Positions 1 through 12,960 are shown, counted from the stretch's first letter. The stretch is DNA of 64,000 nucleotides from Takakia lepidozioides (GCA_030704615.1 CM060731.1:31248001-31312000); one strand, 5' to 3'. Made by a program: numbers and translations. Notes: generated from the letters alone by a model not told the origin.

Positions 1-720
1 TGAGAGAGCCGTTTTCTCCGAGATGGAAAGGATATTTGGAAAGGATTGCAGGATCTCATTTCTGAATTCGATGTGGCGGGGATCATTCACTTCCTTGGAG
101 AAAAGTTTTGCAAAGTGTTCTGCAGCAGCATCTGCCATTTTTTCGGCTCAAAGACTGTCTCACCGGTAGGAGCCACAATGGCACGGAGGTGAGTAGCCTC
201 TCTTCTCTGCTTCGCTTTCTGAAAAAAATAACCAGTCATCTTTTCCCCTTCAATGGCCAGTTAATCCCAGCTTTGACCCGTAAGAACTTTTCCTTATCAA
301 CATCAGCTTAAGTCAGATTTCTCCTGGCAATAAGGTAAGACTCCGTAATGGTACCGTGGTTTCCCTCCTCAATTCTTCTTTGGCAATGCAGCAAGCATTT
401 AGACAAGGTCTTATGATGTTGAGATTTTTCTAGGGCCATGGCTCGTGAAAGGGCTTGAGCCAGCCTTCTTGTGGCTTGCAACTTATGTAAGAACGAGATG
501 GAGGGTGACTGAAATCCATTGCCGGCAGCAGTCCATTCAGATTTCAGCTTCTGTAGACAATCAGCCTTCTTTAAAATGCTAGGGTTCAGTTTGAAATACC
601 CCCTGCCTCTAGCATGCAATCCATATGGTTTAAATTCAGCTGATACCACTGCGTGATCAAAGTCAGCTAAAAATGGGTGACTGCAGCATACCTTTGGCCC
701 AAGATAGGGGAGATTGGGAA
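1..720 (-). mobile_element. L1-type LINE ORF2 fragment (end of endonuclease domain and linker), runs off window
   Basis: ORF 308-649 and upstream: DHAVVSAEF...RGRGYFKLNPSILK matches the SDH-x-(W/F)KLN signature that follows the APE domain of plant L1s; stops present. Confidence 0.75.
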
Positions 721-1325
721 CAGTAGATCCTGTCCAGACGGGCCATACTCAGGTGAAAACTCTATTTTAACTAATTCTGGACTTTTGTTTGGTCCAGAAA
801 TAATATGAGAAATATGAATAAATAAAATTTATTATTGAAATAAAGTGATATATATGATTATTTGGCTATTTTATGCATAATATAACCATGAACAATAATC
901 CTCCAATTATTTTTTGGAGACAATATAAGTATGTATTGTAGTTTTAGAAGAACATCCACTACCAAGTTGACGTTCACAAAAAAAATGGAATGATGCAATA
1001 AATTACATCGTGATGTGAGGTCAGATATGTAAAACTTTTTGCACAAAATGGTTGCCATATTAGATGACATACAAAACCAAACATAGAACAATCATGGCAT
1101 ATGATGAAGAGGATGACATGAAAGAATGAGTCCGCATACATTGATGATAAACATTTATATTTTATTAGAGATTGTAACTTTGGCGTTGCAGTCAGACATA
1201 ATGTAACGTCAACTGTAAATCTGTTCACATCCGTTGGACTTAATGTTATCCATCGGCTTGAAACCATACAACGGCTTACACTAACCCATTAAATATTACA
1301 GAGTCTCCTCCCAAACGGCTCACAG

Positions 1326-2405
1326 TCAAGGTATGTGTTCGAAGACGCATCCGGTTACCACAACCACTTGCAACGGTCTCCGCACCAGAGGAAATGGAAA
1401 TACTTTCTGAGAACTCGAACCTAGTAGTAACATTATCATCCGAAATGTTACTTGGAACTCTACTTGTTGAATCTCTTGATGCCCTTGAAGCCTGCCGGGA
1501 AGCCCGCCATTCTTACGAATCACGAAGCTCTTCTTCTTCTTTTCAAATTCGTTCCTTGAATGTGACTGGGCAAAACAATTTTTCATATGACAAATGTCAG
1601 CTGAAATGTGGAAGATTTGTAGAAAAAATGATAAGGTAAAAGTGCAAGTGGAAGACACTTTCAAGATCAAATTCTCCATAAATAACGAACAGTGGGATAA
1701 GTACATACCAAGGTAATCAGGTTCCTTTTGTTGTGGAATCCAAACACGAGAATCAACATATCTTCCATACCAAGCCCAATAGGCGTGGTCGCAACCAATA
1801 GGCTTATGAGAACACTTGGCAGGGTTTTTGATGATGTAATCTACGACTGTTGAAGCTGCAGCCATTTTCAATATATATGGCCACGTAGCTTTTGTCATAT
1901 CATCCTGGTCAACCAAGCCCTTTGGTGATGGCTTGTATGAAATAGGGAAGAATCCAGTATTTGGTGGGTTTCGGAGGCCCTTTGATGGCTCATCATCGAC
2001 AATGAGTATTTGTCCTTGCGTTGCAAAGGGTGTACCAGGGTACTTGGCAAGAACAATGCGAATTTCCTTAACGAGATATTTCATCCCAGGCATGATGTAA
2101 CCGTTAGTATCTTTGCAACCCTCAGCTGACCAGATGAAGCAAAACTTCTTCGCAATTTTCGTGGGAACTAAGCGCTCGAGCATCCTACAAAGAACATCTC
2201 TTTCAGCATATGACCAAATCGCCACATGAAAATGCATCAACGCAAGGTTGAGAAACTCCAAGACTCCGGGCCGAGGAACCACAAAAGGTCTGTCGGGAAC
2301 ATGAACTGTAACTTTCCTTAAACAAAATCTCTCCTTAAACAATTCACCGCCAATTGGAGGTGGCCGGTAGCAGAGGAGTCCGTTGACACTCAATATTAAC
2401 AACAT
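1326..2405 (-). CDS. FCP1/NIF (HAD-superfamily, CTD-phosphatase-like) domain protein, copy 1
   Basis: LLILSVNGLL...RPGVLEFL...FHVAIWS...ILIVDDEPSK..NPPN motifs; catalytic DxDxT degenerate (SVNG); 3' part of ORF probably intronic. Confidence 0.75.
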   Translation of the reverse strand: MLLILSVNGLLCYRPPPIGGELFKERFCLRKVTVHVPDRPFVVPRPGVLEFLNLALMHFHVAIWSYAERDVLCRMLERLVPTKIAKKFCFIWSAEGCKDTNGYIMPGMKYLVKEIRIVLAKYPGTPFATQGQILIVDDEPSKGLRNPPNTGFFPISYKPSPKGLVDQDDMTKATWPYILKMAAASTVVDYIIKNPAKCSHKPIGCDHAYWAWYGRYVDSRVWIPQQKEPDYLGMYLSHCSLFMENLILKVSSTCTFTLSFFLQIFHISADICHMKNCFAQSHSRNEFEKKKKSFVIRKNGGLPGRLQGHQEIQQVEFQVTFRMIMLLLGSSSQKVFPFPLVRRPLQVVVVTGCVFEHIP

Positions 2406-3999
2406 CCGTTTCCTCTTCCCCGATGTGGCAGATGAAGGTTGATGGACGATGTCATCCTGCGCAATTTAATGAAATAAATTTCAGTGTTCCCGCCGTCATA
2501 AACAACCCGATGTAGTGTTTATTAGTTTCAGAGTGACCTCTACGTTTGCCGAGACATAAATGTCCCAACAATGGACTACTGTAAAGGACCAAGAGTAGAC
2601 GATATATCGAACAGTTGGAGATCATGAAAAGATGAACGTCGGCTGTCAAGTGGAGGTTCGTGGACGCACCTTGTCGGAAGGCGTATTCAAGAAGTTCTGC
2701 GGCTCCATACTCGCTTGTATAAAAATTACGGAGTTAGTTTGGGACCGCAAAACAAACTGCAAACGAAAATGGTGAAATGGTTTGAAATTTACCATTGAAG
2801 GTCTCGCAGAGGAACAGTGTCCGATTCCCGCGGGCTTGGATTGACGAGGCGCCACAACATTCGAGGGAGTCCTCATGTGTTTACAGTCCGTTTTTTTTTT
2901 TTGTCAGCCTTTTGTCCGTTGGAATGATTTCATGCAGAGGAAGAAATGGCTCGGAGGCTCTTTTTCGCCTCTTTGGTGCAGAACATTGTGCCACCAGTTC
3001 AGGGTCAGGTTGTGTCGATGTTAGAGATGTTTTGCCATTGAACGTCGGGGGGAGTGGAGGGGCAAAAACAGCCCAGAATTTTCCCTGAGCACTCGGCAAG
3101 CACAGAAAATTTTCCCTTGAGCACTCGACATCCTGGATGGAATGAAAACGCAACGAAGGAATAATTTACCTCGGAACTGCATTCCAATGCAGACGTCGTT
3201 TGACAACAAGGTCATAATCTGCAGATTTTCTGACCTTGAGCGACAAATGAATATCAGACCTCAAACTAAGTGAAACTAGGAGAATGAGCAAGGAGCAAGA
3301 AATGAGTTTAAGTCACCTGACTCCTGCGGATTTGGGCTGTCCAACCCTCGTGTTAGGGAATTATGCGAGGAAGAGACAGAACAAGGTGCAGCAGAGCCGC
3401 AGCCAACTCCCCGACGGTTGCCCTGCGGGTTGGATAGACCAGACCCTGCGTACTGAACGGGGAGGGTGAGGAATGTTGGGAAAGGTCGATAAAGTTTCCG
3501 GGATATTTCTGTTCTTCACCTGCACCTTGGACTTTACACCCAGGAGGACCCGAGAGGAGAAGAGTGTCGTCCGCTTCTCGAAAGGAGAAAGGTCTGACCG
3601 AGGATCCACCCTCAATTTGAGCACCATCGTGAACCCTCAAAAACCCTTCAATACTCCGACTTACTGCTAATCCGGAGGGTTCCCTTAGGGGACTTGAGGA
3701 ACCGTTGACGTCGTCAGCATCTCCTTGAACCTGCCAAAGAGACATAATCATAAATCCGGGAGTGCAGGAATGTGAACCTCCACTGAACAGTGGAGGTCAC
3801 TAGATATAGTCATGTCCTGGTATGAAGGCCTGTATGCTCTGGTCTTGGGATTGCCCGGAATGTGCGTCAAGAATTCAACAGAAAATGAGTGAAAATGAGA
3901 GTATCATATCTAATACGTGTGTGATTACAAGGCAATGAAAATCAGACACCATGAAGATATTCAATAGCTGGAGTGAGAGGGGATTGATCAAAAATAATT

Positions 4000-4719
4000 T
4001 TATTTTGAAGCATCATATCTGAGACTCTTATAACCGTTGTCCTCAATAAAATCCCAGAGTGGGCTAAACTTGGGATCGTTTGAAACATTGGGAAAAAAAC
4101 TCAACCCTATCTTTTTTTTCCTAAGATAACTTGAAACAGTGGGATGATTCATCATTCCAAGCAAATAGGTCTGAAGAACCTTAAGAAGATAGCAACCATC
4201 AGTCTCCACGGTCTGGAACGGTTTGAGAACAAGACATGAGTCGGGCGGGTTCAATACACACTTCATGGCGGTGTCGTCAATGAGCAGAGTGTTACTCTTG
4301 GTGTATTGTCCACCAAATCTCTGCCAGACCTTGACCAGTGGCTTCAAAAATAAATGAGGAGGGTCCAATCCTGATTTGAATTGAGGGTGAACCGAAGTAT
4401 GACATGAAATACAATCCTGAGACATAACGAAAGCCGGTTGAGGGAGACCACGAAGCAAAAAATCCAGGATTGGTTGCAAGTTCTTGTACATCATAGAGCT
4501 CCAAATCCCTAGCCTAAAGTGTTAGTGCAACTCTGTCCACACTTCGCGATATTTCTCCCGTCTAAAGACAAGTCGGAATCCGACAAGAGCTGGAATTCCG
4601 GGAGAAAACCGGGGGACATTGTAGCTCTTCTGGTGCTTCAAGATTTTGCACAAAACTCCATTCACGTCAAAAATAATCAAATGCAACCCTTGCGCAGGAG
4701 GAAAAAACAGGTGCTCCAA
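4000..4719 (-). pseudogene. FCP1/NIF-like domain, copy 2 (interrupted near 4500-4520)
   Basis: LIIFDVNGVL (4522-4719 ORF), then FLKPL..VW...NTLLIDDTAMKCVLNPP (4000-4494 ORF). Confidence 0.7.
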
Positions 4720-4901
4720 TCTGCCAGAGAGTCATTCATACTTAGGATGATAAAAAGTAAACAGTACAATGCATTGGAAAAACCGACACCAGGGAAGTGA
4801 ACAAGAACGTTCACTGGACAGCCGAGATTCACCAAACTCAATTAAAATATTTTATGTCCCAATGCAGCGGCACGCAACTCGTGATTGCTAAGGAACTTCT
4901 A

Positions 4902-5579
4902 TCACCTATAATCAAAGTCTCTAAGAAATTTGACCGCAGGGTCGTCCTCGAAAAAATCCTTCGTAACGCTGAATAGATGTAGCTCGTTGAATGACATGAC
5001 ATCCATCCCGGATAACCGGAACATGTTAAGGTGAGGCTTGAGCTCTTCCAGTAGAAACTTATCTCTGTCAGGGTCCACGAGCGTTTTATATTTTGGAAGG
5101 AAGATGGTATGTCCTAACGGGTTGAAGTATGACTTGTACATATTGTCTACAGTGTCGATGAGGAGAGTATTGGATTTGTAAGCTGTTGGGTCTTCCTCAG
5201 CGAAAATGTCGTAAAGACGTTTAAAGCAGATGGGATTTTTGGGAGCTTTAGGACATTTTTCGTTGAATGTCGATCTATGCATAACGGAATTGTCACTGCT
5301 GTAAGTTTTGACCTGGGAATAGTACTTCCCGAACACGGCCTTGGCGATAGTCTCGACGTTCATTTCAGGTCTCGTGTTCCAAAAACAAACGACAAACTTT
5401 TTGATGGCCCACTTAATGAATTCGTCGAGACTGTTTCGCGTAACTAACTTGAATTTCCCTGCGGAGATACAAGGTTGCGTGGCAGGAGGGGATTTCTTTC
5501 CATCCTTTAGGTAAACCTCACAAAGGTAACCGATGTCCAGAATCAGGACGTAGTATCCTGGCCGGCATCCGTTCGGTCC
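4902..5579 (-). CDS. FCP1/NIF-like domain, copy 3 (divergent)
   Basis: Exon begins after ccttAG at 5580: YVLILDIGYL...RNSLDEFIKW..KFVVCFW...NTLLIDT..YKSYFNP, in frame with ORF 4902-5363. Confidence 0.6.
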   Translation of the reverse strand, partial: GPNGCRPGYYVLILDIGYLCEVYLKDGKKSPPATQPCISAGKFKLVTRNSLDEFIKWAIKKFVVCFWNTRPEMNVETIAKAVFGKYYSQVKTYSSDNSVMHRSTFNEKCPKAPKNPICFKRLYDIFAEEDPTAYKSNTLLIDTVDNMYKSYFNPLGHTIFLPKYKTLVDPDRDKFLLEELKPHLNMFRLSGMDVMSFNELHLFSVTKDFFEDDPAVKFLRDFDYR

Positions 5580-5699
5580 CTAAGGAAGGGAATGCAGATC
5601 GTTTGGATTGACAGAAATGGAATAGTCGACTGGAGGGTAATGCATGTTATCATGTGGAATAACAGAAGAGTTTATTATTAATTTCAATTTCAGTAATCC

Positions 5700-6278
5700 C
5701 AATGTAGATAAACGGAAAAATGGAGTTGAAAGCATTACCGTTTTTGGGGGGGGCTGTTGGGATCCTTGAGCAAGCTGCTCCTCCTCTTTCCCAACTCTAC
5801 GGGAAACGGTATCCTCCATCTCTGTGGCAGCAAATGGCAACCTCAACTGTCCAATGGATGTTACTTGTAGAACCGGCTCAGATAGCGCAACGTGTTCTTG
5901 GGTATTTGAAGTACTACCGAGCGTATCCAACCCAAAAATTTCCTGACCCTCTCTTTCCCTTTCCCACATCAGTCGCATCTGCCCCTGGTCTTCGGTGACG
6001 ATTTCCATGTTCTCATCTTCGTCTTCATGTTCATCTTTCTCCTCCTCCTCGTCCTATTCTTGTTTCTCCTCCTTTTCCTCGTCTTGCTCTTTGTCGTGTC
6101 CTTCCTCATCCTCTTCTTCGTCCACTTCGTCATCCTACAGTGAGTCTCCGCCATCTCCGTCTCCGGCGATAGTCTGATTATCAATCTGAAGCGTCTTGAA
6201 ATAAGCCTCTACATTGCTTCTATAAAACTTCTTTTTCGTTACATAGTTTATGTCAAGCACACGAATATTTCTTTCCTG
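5700..6278 (-). pseudogene. Exon with long acidic (E/D-rich) tract, probably part of the gene upstream of the FCP1-like domains
   Basis: ttgcAG acceptor near 6278; GAG/GAA/GAC-rich run at 6000-6140 on minus strand; in-frame stop. Confidence 0.4.
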
Positions 6279-6490
6279 CAATGAAACCAAACAATGAAAT
6301 CAAAATAAAGTTTGTCGTGCGCATACATATCGCTACACAACTACATCGCTGTCCAAAAACCACACAACACATGTGCACACCACACACTAGTATACCACTA
6401 GTCCACCACTAGTCCAACCACTAGGCTACAACTAGTCAGTCACTAGGCTGCCACTATGCTGCCCACTATGGCAGTCACTAGTCCACACAA

Positions 6491-6668
6491 TGATAAAGAA
6501 GAAGAATACAAGCACAAGCTCATGCGAACTCACAAAGCTGAAGCATAAACTCATGCATATATAACCTCATCACTCAAATACAAGTCAAGCCAAGTGCACC
6601 CCACGCCATGGGGAATCTATACTACGGCGCCATAGCTAGGCGCGGTGAGGCTCAACTCGAGAAAGATG
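6491..6668 (-). repeat. 3' LTR (partial, fused to truncated integrase)
   Basis: Direct repeat of 15728-15905 with 2 substitutions. Confidence 0.9.
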
Positions 6669-7100
6669 CACATATATGTGGTGGCGCATAGTCAGTGGCA
6701 ACGGTCCTGCGAAGTCAAGACTCCACCTGTAGCCCAATCCCATGATTGGTAAAGGATGCAACTGTGGTGTAGGGGCGTTGAATGAAGCACGCACCCTGTC
6801 ACACACCATGCACCTAGCCATGAACTGTTGCACCTCTGTATGCATACCACGCCACCAATACTGCCCCTGCAGTAAACTGTGAGTGCGTCGCACTCCAAAA
6901 TGCCCCAAACTCCTCATGGGCATGCCGCACTAACCGTGCACGCTGTGTGGGGTGAGGCACAATCCTCACACCGACCATCCTCCCACACTCGAAGTAGGTG
7001 TATCCTCCCACTTGAACCTCTTGGCTCGTTGCAGGATCCGATCCCTCTCCCTGGCAATCACAATGGCTGCCGTGTCTCCCGTGCGGAGGTAGTCCAACAC
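6669..7100 (-). pseudogene. Integrase N-terminus (HHCC Zn finger and first catalytic D), truncated
   Basis: HAHEE/GHFGVRRT...YWWRGM...CMVC...WSLDFAGPLP. Confidence 0.85.
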
Positions 7101-7306
7101 AGCCGAATCCTCATGTATATCTCTGGCACCACCTAGCTCATCACTAGCCTCAGGGTCCTCAGACACTCCGTCTACAGTCATCCCTGTTGTAGGTCCAATC
7201 TGACCTCCCGATGCCAAGATACACAAAAATGCAGATGCGTGCAATCCCGACACCATCTCCTCGTCCGTCTTACCATGCCACCGAGCTCCAGTGTCATCCT
7301 GCTGGC

Positions 7307-8700
7307 TCATGCATGGATTGCGATCAATCCATCCGCATCTCGATTGACCAAACCCGGTCGATGCACAACCTGAAAGTCATACTCCTGGAGTATAAGTGCC
7401 CACCGTGCAAGCTTCCCCGTAAGCTTGTCTGACTCCATCAACCACTTAAGTGGCTGGTGATCCGTGACAAGGGTGAAAAGATTGCCGTATAGATAGCACC
7501 TGAAGTGTGCCACGGCCCACACTGCAGCTAAGCACTCTCCCTCATATGAGCTGTACTTAGCCTCTGCAGCGTTGTTCGAGCGGCTAGCGTAAGCCACTAC
7601 GAACTCTCTTCCCTCATCATCCACCTGTGTGAGCACCGCTCCAAGCCCCAGCATGCTCCAATCCGTATGCAGCTGAAAGGGACGCCCCCTGATAGGTCGT
7701 CTCAAGATAGGCGCCGAGGTCAACCTCGCCTTGAGCTCTTGAAAAGCTCGTTCCTGCTCATCTTCCCACTGCCACTCCTGGTCCACCTTGGTCAGCTTGG
7801 TTAGAGCCTTTGCAATGGTACTAAATCCCTTGACAAACCATCTATAATAGTTTGCCAACCCCATGAAAGCTCGAACTCGGCTCACATCCGTGGGGCGTGG
7901 AATTTGTGCAATGGCCTCTACCTTAGTCTGCTGTACCCCCAATCCTCCAGGATATATCATGTGACCCAGACTCAATCTGGTTGTGGAAAAACTTGCACTT
8001 CCCCGGATGCAACTTCAATCCGTGCGCTCTCAAGCGCTCCAATACCACTGAAGGTGTCTCTCATGCTCCTCCATCGTAACACTAAAGATGATGATGTCAT
8101 CTATGTAGCACCGAGCAAAGTCCACCCCTGCTAGAATCCTATCCATGACTCTCTGAAACTCTGCAGGAGCATTCTTAAGCCCAAATGGTAAGAACCGCCA
8201 CTGATATAGGCAATCCTTGCCGTGCTCATTGATCGCCCAGAATGCCGTCTTCTGCTTGTCCGCCTCCTTGATTGGCAACTGGTGATATCCGGATCGTAAA
8301 TCCAAAGTGCTAAAGGCCTTAGCATGCCCGATGGCATCAAAGATCTCCTCTGGTGTTGGCATGGCATACTTATCGGACTTGGTCTGACGATTTACAGGCC
8401 GGTAATCACCGCACATACGTCTCTCCGTCCAATTGCCATAGACATCCTTCTTGGCTGGCATCACTGTGGCTGAAGCATACTCTCCACCAGAGAGCTCCAC
8501 CAAAACCTGCCTCCCAGAGATCTTGAGTCCTCATCTGAATCAAAGACCTCTCCATGTCACTGTATCTATAGGGTCTCCGAAAGATTGGCGTGTCAGTGGC
8601 CAACTCAATACGGATCTCTTGACCCTTCAGTGCTCCCAAGTCCTTCAAACTGAAGGCAAAGCAATTCCTGTAAGCCCTCAGGAACCGCCGTATACGTCGT
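7307..8700 (-). pseudogene. Reverse transcriptase and RNase H (frameshifted)
   Basis: [34 protein letters not shown]; HTDWS..GLGAVL, VAYASR, YSSYEGE, VTDHQPL, RWALILQ. Confidence 0.95.
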
Positions 8701-9119
8701 CTCTCTCCTCCGGTGACAATGGGTCCAATGTCAGGCTCCCAATTGTCCTCCGTAACTGCAACCTTAAGTCCAGTGGGCTTAGAGGTAGAGGACGCGTCCA
8801 GTGGTTGCTATGTTGCAACCTCTTGAGCAGTACTCCCTGCCTGCTCAGTCAATGACAAGGCCTCATCCTCCCATCATCTCATCCTTGAGGACCTCCTCAA
8901 CCCGAGAAGAATCCCCAACCTCATCCATCACAGCCGCCTTGGCTGCCAACTCCCTCTGAACCTCGAGCACCTCCCACGTGTGCCATGGATGCATGCACCC
9001 CGTGGTCCTCACATGCTCGCCCCCACTCACTGCCTGTACCGTCTCGGTAGGTAGAGAGACCATTGAGGGAAGTGTACTCCGCACTCTGTGTTGCTCAGCC
9101 AGAGCCAAGCTGATAATCC

Positions 9120-10055
9120 AGGTCAAGCAATTGAGATCCATTGCTTGCCCCAACACTTGACGACGTGATGCCTCAGAAAGAGACGACACCGCCGTGGTAC
9201 CAGTGGTAAAACCCATTGTCCGCTCACGCTCGTCAGCATTAGGCTCCACTAACTGCTGCAACTGAGCATCCCACAGGAGGCCAGGTCCACTATCCCGGAA
9301 AGCATGCGATCCTGGGAAGCTGAGCAGTGTAGGTAATGCTGCTCGTGGTTGACCCACCTTGTTGACCACTGCCAAAGGCGAACGGTCATCGTGTCTCACA
9401 CACTGAGACTGCCTCCCTGTGTCCAGAATGTTATCCACTGTGAGATGTGCTGGCCGCTGCACCCCATCAAATGCACGCTTGAGCAGTGCGGGTGGCATCA
9501 AGTTAGTCCACCATAGCCGTGGACGATGAGCCCGTGATCCCACTGTAGCTGCATCTAGCAACACTGCTGACCCAAGCCACGACGGACTTGATGCACACTG
9601 GCATCACCTGGCCCGAGAATCGCCCATCAGTGGCACATTCTCCAAGATGTATGCTGGGAGATACAGCTTGATGAAGCTGCAAGTGGCGCAAAACCCGCAC
9701 CATCTCCCAAAACAGACCCGACCTCGAGTCTCGCAATCCATGTCATGCCCGCTGATGAATGCCCTTGGCAGGGCCAACCTGCCACTACCAGATCAATGGA
9801 GCCAACCCGCTCCAAATCCTGCGCCCCCAGCAACGAAATGTCTGCTGGCAAGGCCTGCTGATACCACGAATTGCAGACACCGAGAAACAACTCAGGGTAC
9901 CGCTGCAGCCAACTGAGCAACATGGCGAAGTGAACACGTCGTGCAGTCTCATCCCTCTTTCATACAGGTAACGCCGAACTCGTACACCTGCTTGTAACAA
10001 AGCAGCCAATCCGGTGCTGATCCCGCCAACAAAGTCCAGAAGACAAATGCCCTTC
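9120..10055 (-). pseudogene. C5 cytosine DNA methyltransferase domain (DNMT3/DRM-like) inside retrotransposon pol
   Basis: Motif I LLDFVGGISTG, motif IV DLVVAGWPCQGHS, RSGLFWEMVRVL, motif VI ILENVP (~9634-9650), motif VIII AHRPRLWWTN, motifs IX/X ERERTMGF...RRQVLGQAM, in canonical order across frameshifts. Confidence 0.9.
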
Positions 10056-10408
10056 ATCCGGATACTGCCACACAATAGGTGTGTGTCCAATGGAGACAAT
10101 TGAGGTGGTCCTGGTGCAATCCCCACACTCTCCTCCTCTCCTGACGGTACAAAAGCCTCCCCCAGGCTTGTTGCACCCGTCGATCAGCATCCCGCTGCAA
10201 ATCCTTGCTCGTGCCCCACAATGGAAGTCTGAGCAACCATGGTAGGCAACTCCGCCATACCATACATGCCATCCTGCTCTCTCGGAGGTGGTACATCCTC
10301 TGAATGAGCATTGCCCTCAAGCAACTCTCTAGGCCAACTCACTGCGCTGTGAATGCTGCTAGTGTCGCATCTTGCCTCGCTGGGCAACCGCAACTCCTCC
10401 TATGAACG

Positions 10409-10969
10409 TCACAGGGAGCTGCACACGCCGGCCCTCCCCTGACTGCCATGCAGGCCTATAGGAAGCTGACTCCTCCCAAAAATCCAGGGTGAAGCCCATG
10501 GGGTACAACAGACTGCCCCACCAACCAGGACATCGTATGAGACTGCGTCTGTCACAATGGCCTTGGCTCGCATCACTGAGCCATCTGTAGGGTGATCCGG
10601 CCGTAGTCTGATAGCCAACTCACGCCGTGTCATGCCCCGAGCCTGCTCCGATCCTCCCAGAGACGTCTGTATCTGGAAACAAGGCTCCATATCCGCCTCC
10701 GTGAGGCCCAAGCCTGCAATAGCAGCTCTGCCCAGCATCAATGGCTGAGCTCCCGAGTCCAACAAGACCCGCAGTGGCCGGTACCTCTTGCCTGCCGGTC
10801 CACTCAAACAGAAAATGCCATCCTGGTTGTCTAACATGACAACTCCAGGTGTCACCATGGCGCGCTCAATGGCTGGCCTAGCTGGCAGCTCCATCAACCT
10901 GGCAGCTGCAGCTTGCCATGGCGCCGCCGTGGCAGTCTTGACCCTCAAATCCGAGGATCCCTCCGGCAC
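10409..10969 (-). pseudogene. Retroviral-type aspartic protease
   Basis: RVLLDSGAQPLM...YDVLVGG. Confidence 0.85.
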
Positions 10970-11154
10970 TACACCTCCACTATCTCCGCAGAAGATGAAG
11001 TAACCTCCCCACTCTCACAGAGTGTAGCTGCCAGCCTGAAACCTCAGCTGGTCTTACCCCCGGCGTCGCAATCATGGTAGCCGAGAACAATGGAGCCTGG
11101 CACACAGATGTGGCCGCTCCTAGCAGCACACTAGCTGCCGTAGCCTTGGCAACA

Positions 11155-12960
11155 CTAGGTAGTGGTGCTACCCGTGTAGCTCTCCCCAATGGCATAGTAA
11201 CCTCCCTCGGTAACAGTCGGGCGAGAACTAGGTGCCATGGATGGCGTCGACACTGTCTCCGCCAATGTGAATGACTGAGGAAGCCTAGCCTGACGGCTTG
11301 CCTCCCCACGCTGTGGATCCAACTCCACCTCTGCACCTCGTGGCTCAGGAACTCGTGCTGCTCCTCGAGTCACGGCTGCAGCAGACTCCACCTGCACTAG
11401 TGGTAGTGCTGCTCCACACATGAATCCCATGCCTCCCATATCTCCTCCCTCAGGAGCAGGAGGTGGACCATCCGGCCTTAGAGCCGGTACCACCTGAGCT
11501 GTAGCCATGGCAGCGAGCCTCTGCTCTAGCTGCTGAAGCCGGTTGGCCATGCCTTGGTCAACACCCCTCCGCGTCCTTGGCCACGTTGAGCTTGCCCTTG
11601 GCCTGCACCTCGTGGCTGGCCACCTCGTCCTCTCTGGGCTGCTCCACCTCGCCCCCGGCCACCATTGTTCCCTTGGAACTGGCCTGGGCGCAACTCAGGA
11701 TGCAAACCATAACACTGGGCCTCTCCATGCCCGTGCTTGCCACAATGCCCACACTGCAACTGTGCAGGCTGTGCATGTGCCGCCCCTTTGCCTCCCTCTG
11801 GCAATCCTTCTTGACATGGGGTCCTCCACATGTCCAGCACACCACATCCGCCGTTGTTGGCCAGCAAATGAAGGGAGAGACCCCTGCATCTGAGGTCCTC
11901 TCTGCCCTTCCCTGAGCTTCACCTGAGCCCCCTTGTTGCCTTGAGCACGTTGAGGTAGTGGTTGGCTAGGAGCACCACTACCCCGTGGTGTCTCCTTAGC
12001 AAATCCCACCATGACCACTCGTTCCTCCACCATGTTGAGCTCTATCCGCTCTGCCAGCAAAAACACATTTGCTAAGGTGGGTTGGGCCGCTTGTAGGAGA
12101 GTTGCATCCCGCACCCTTCTCCTCAGCTCCTTGTCCAATATCCCATACCAGAATTGGACTGCCTGAGCTTCCGTAACCCCTTGGGTTACATTTATCAAGC
12201 GCCTCATGCGAGTGAAAGCCTCCCTCAAGCTCTCGGTCGGCTTCCGTTGGAACTCTTGCAAGCTCCGCAACTTCTCTGTCCTCACCCTTGGTAGTTCCCT
12301 CTCAACTCTTCGAAGAACTCCACAACAGGGTTGAAGGCAGGCACGGGTGCTAGTGCTGGTGCGGTAGTGGCTTGGGTGGACGTCGTAGCTACTGTACCAC
12401 CAGTCCCACTATGCTACTTGCTGAAGCTGCCGGTGCAGCGGCAGGTGTAGCCACTGCCCTCGTGGCTCTAGTGCCCCTAGTGATGGAGACATAGTCGGGT
12501 GACCAGTACATCCTCCACTCCTCGATCTCAACCTCATGCCCCGCCTGAACTCATGGTAATCATCCATAGGCGGCCCCTCAAGGTGCTGAAACAGCCCCTT
12601 CCATGCCATGAAAGGCGTAAATAGTTGTGGATTGCGCATTTGCTGCAAATCACACCAACTATCAAACTCTTGGATAAAATCATCCAACTCGATGGTGCCC
12701 ACCGCCCCAGAGTACCTTCGTGGCCCCTTGGTAGCTCCATACATCTCCTCCATTGTGTCCCACAACAATGGCAAAGAAACAACTTGCACCGCCGGTATGA
12801 GTCCTCCTGATTCACAATCCGAATCAGAACCTTCCGTGGAAGACACAGGAGGTGAAGGTGGCCTAAACCGCACACCTCGTCTCGTGTACCCACTAGTATC
12901 GCTAGTGCTCGAACCGGCACTGTCCCCAGCAACTAGTGGCACCTCCGTGTTGACACTCAA
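11155..12960 (-). pseudogene. Gag with two Zn knuckles
   Basis: RYSG..ELDDFI.EF..W; FQRKPTESLREAFTR; CWTCGGPHVKKDC and CGHCGKHGHGEAQC; RGG-rich tail. Confidence 0.8.
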
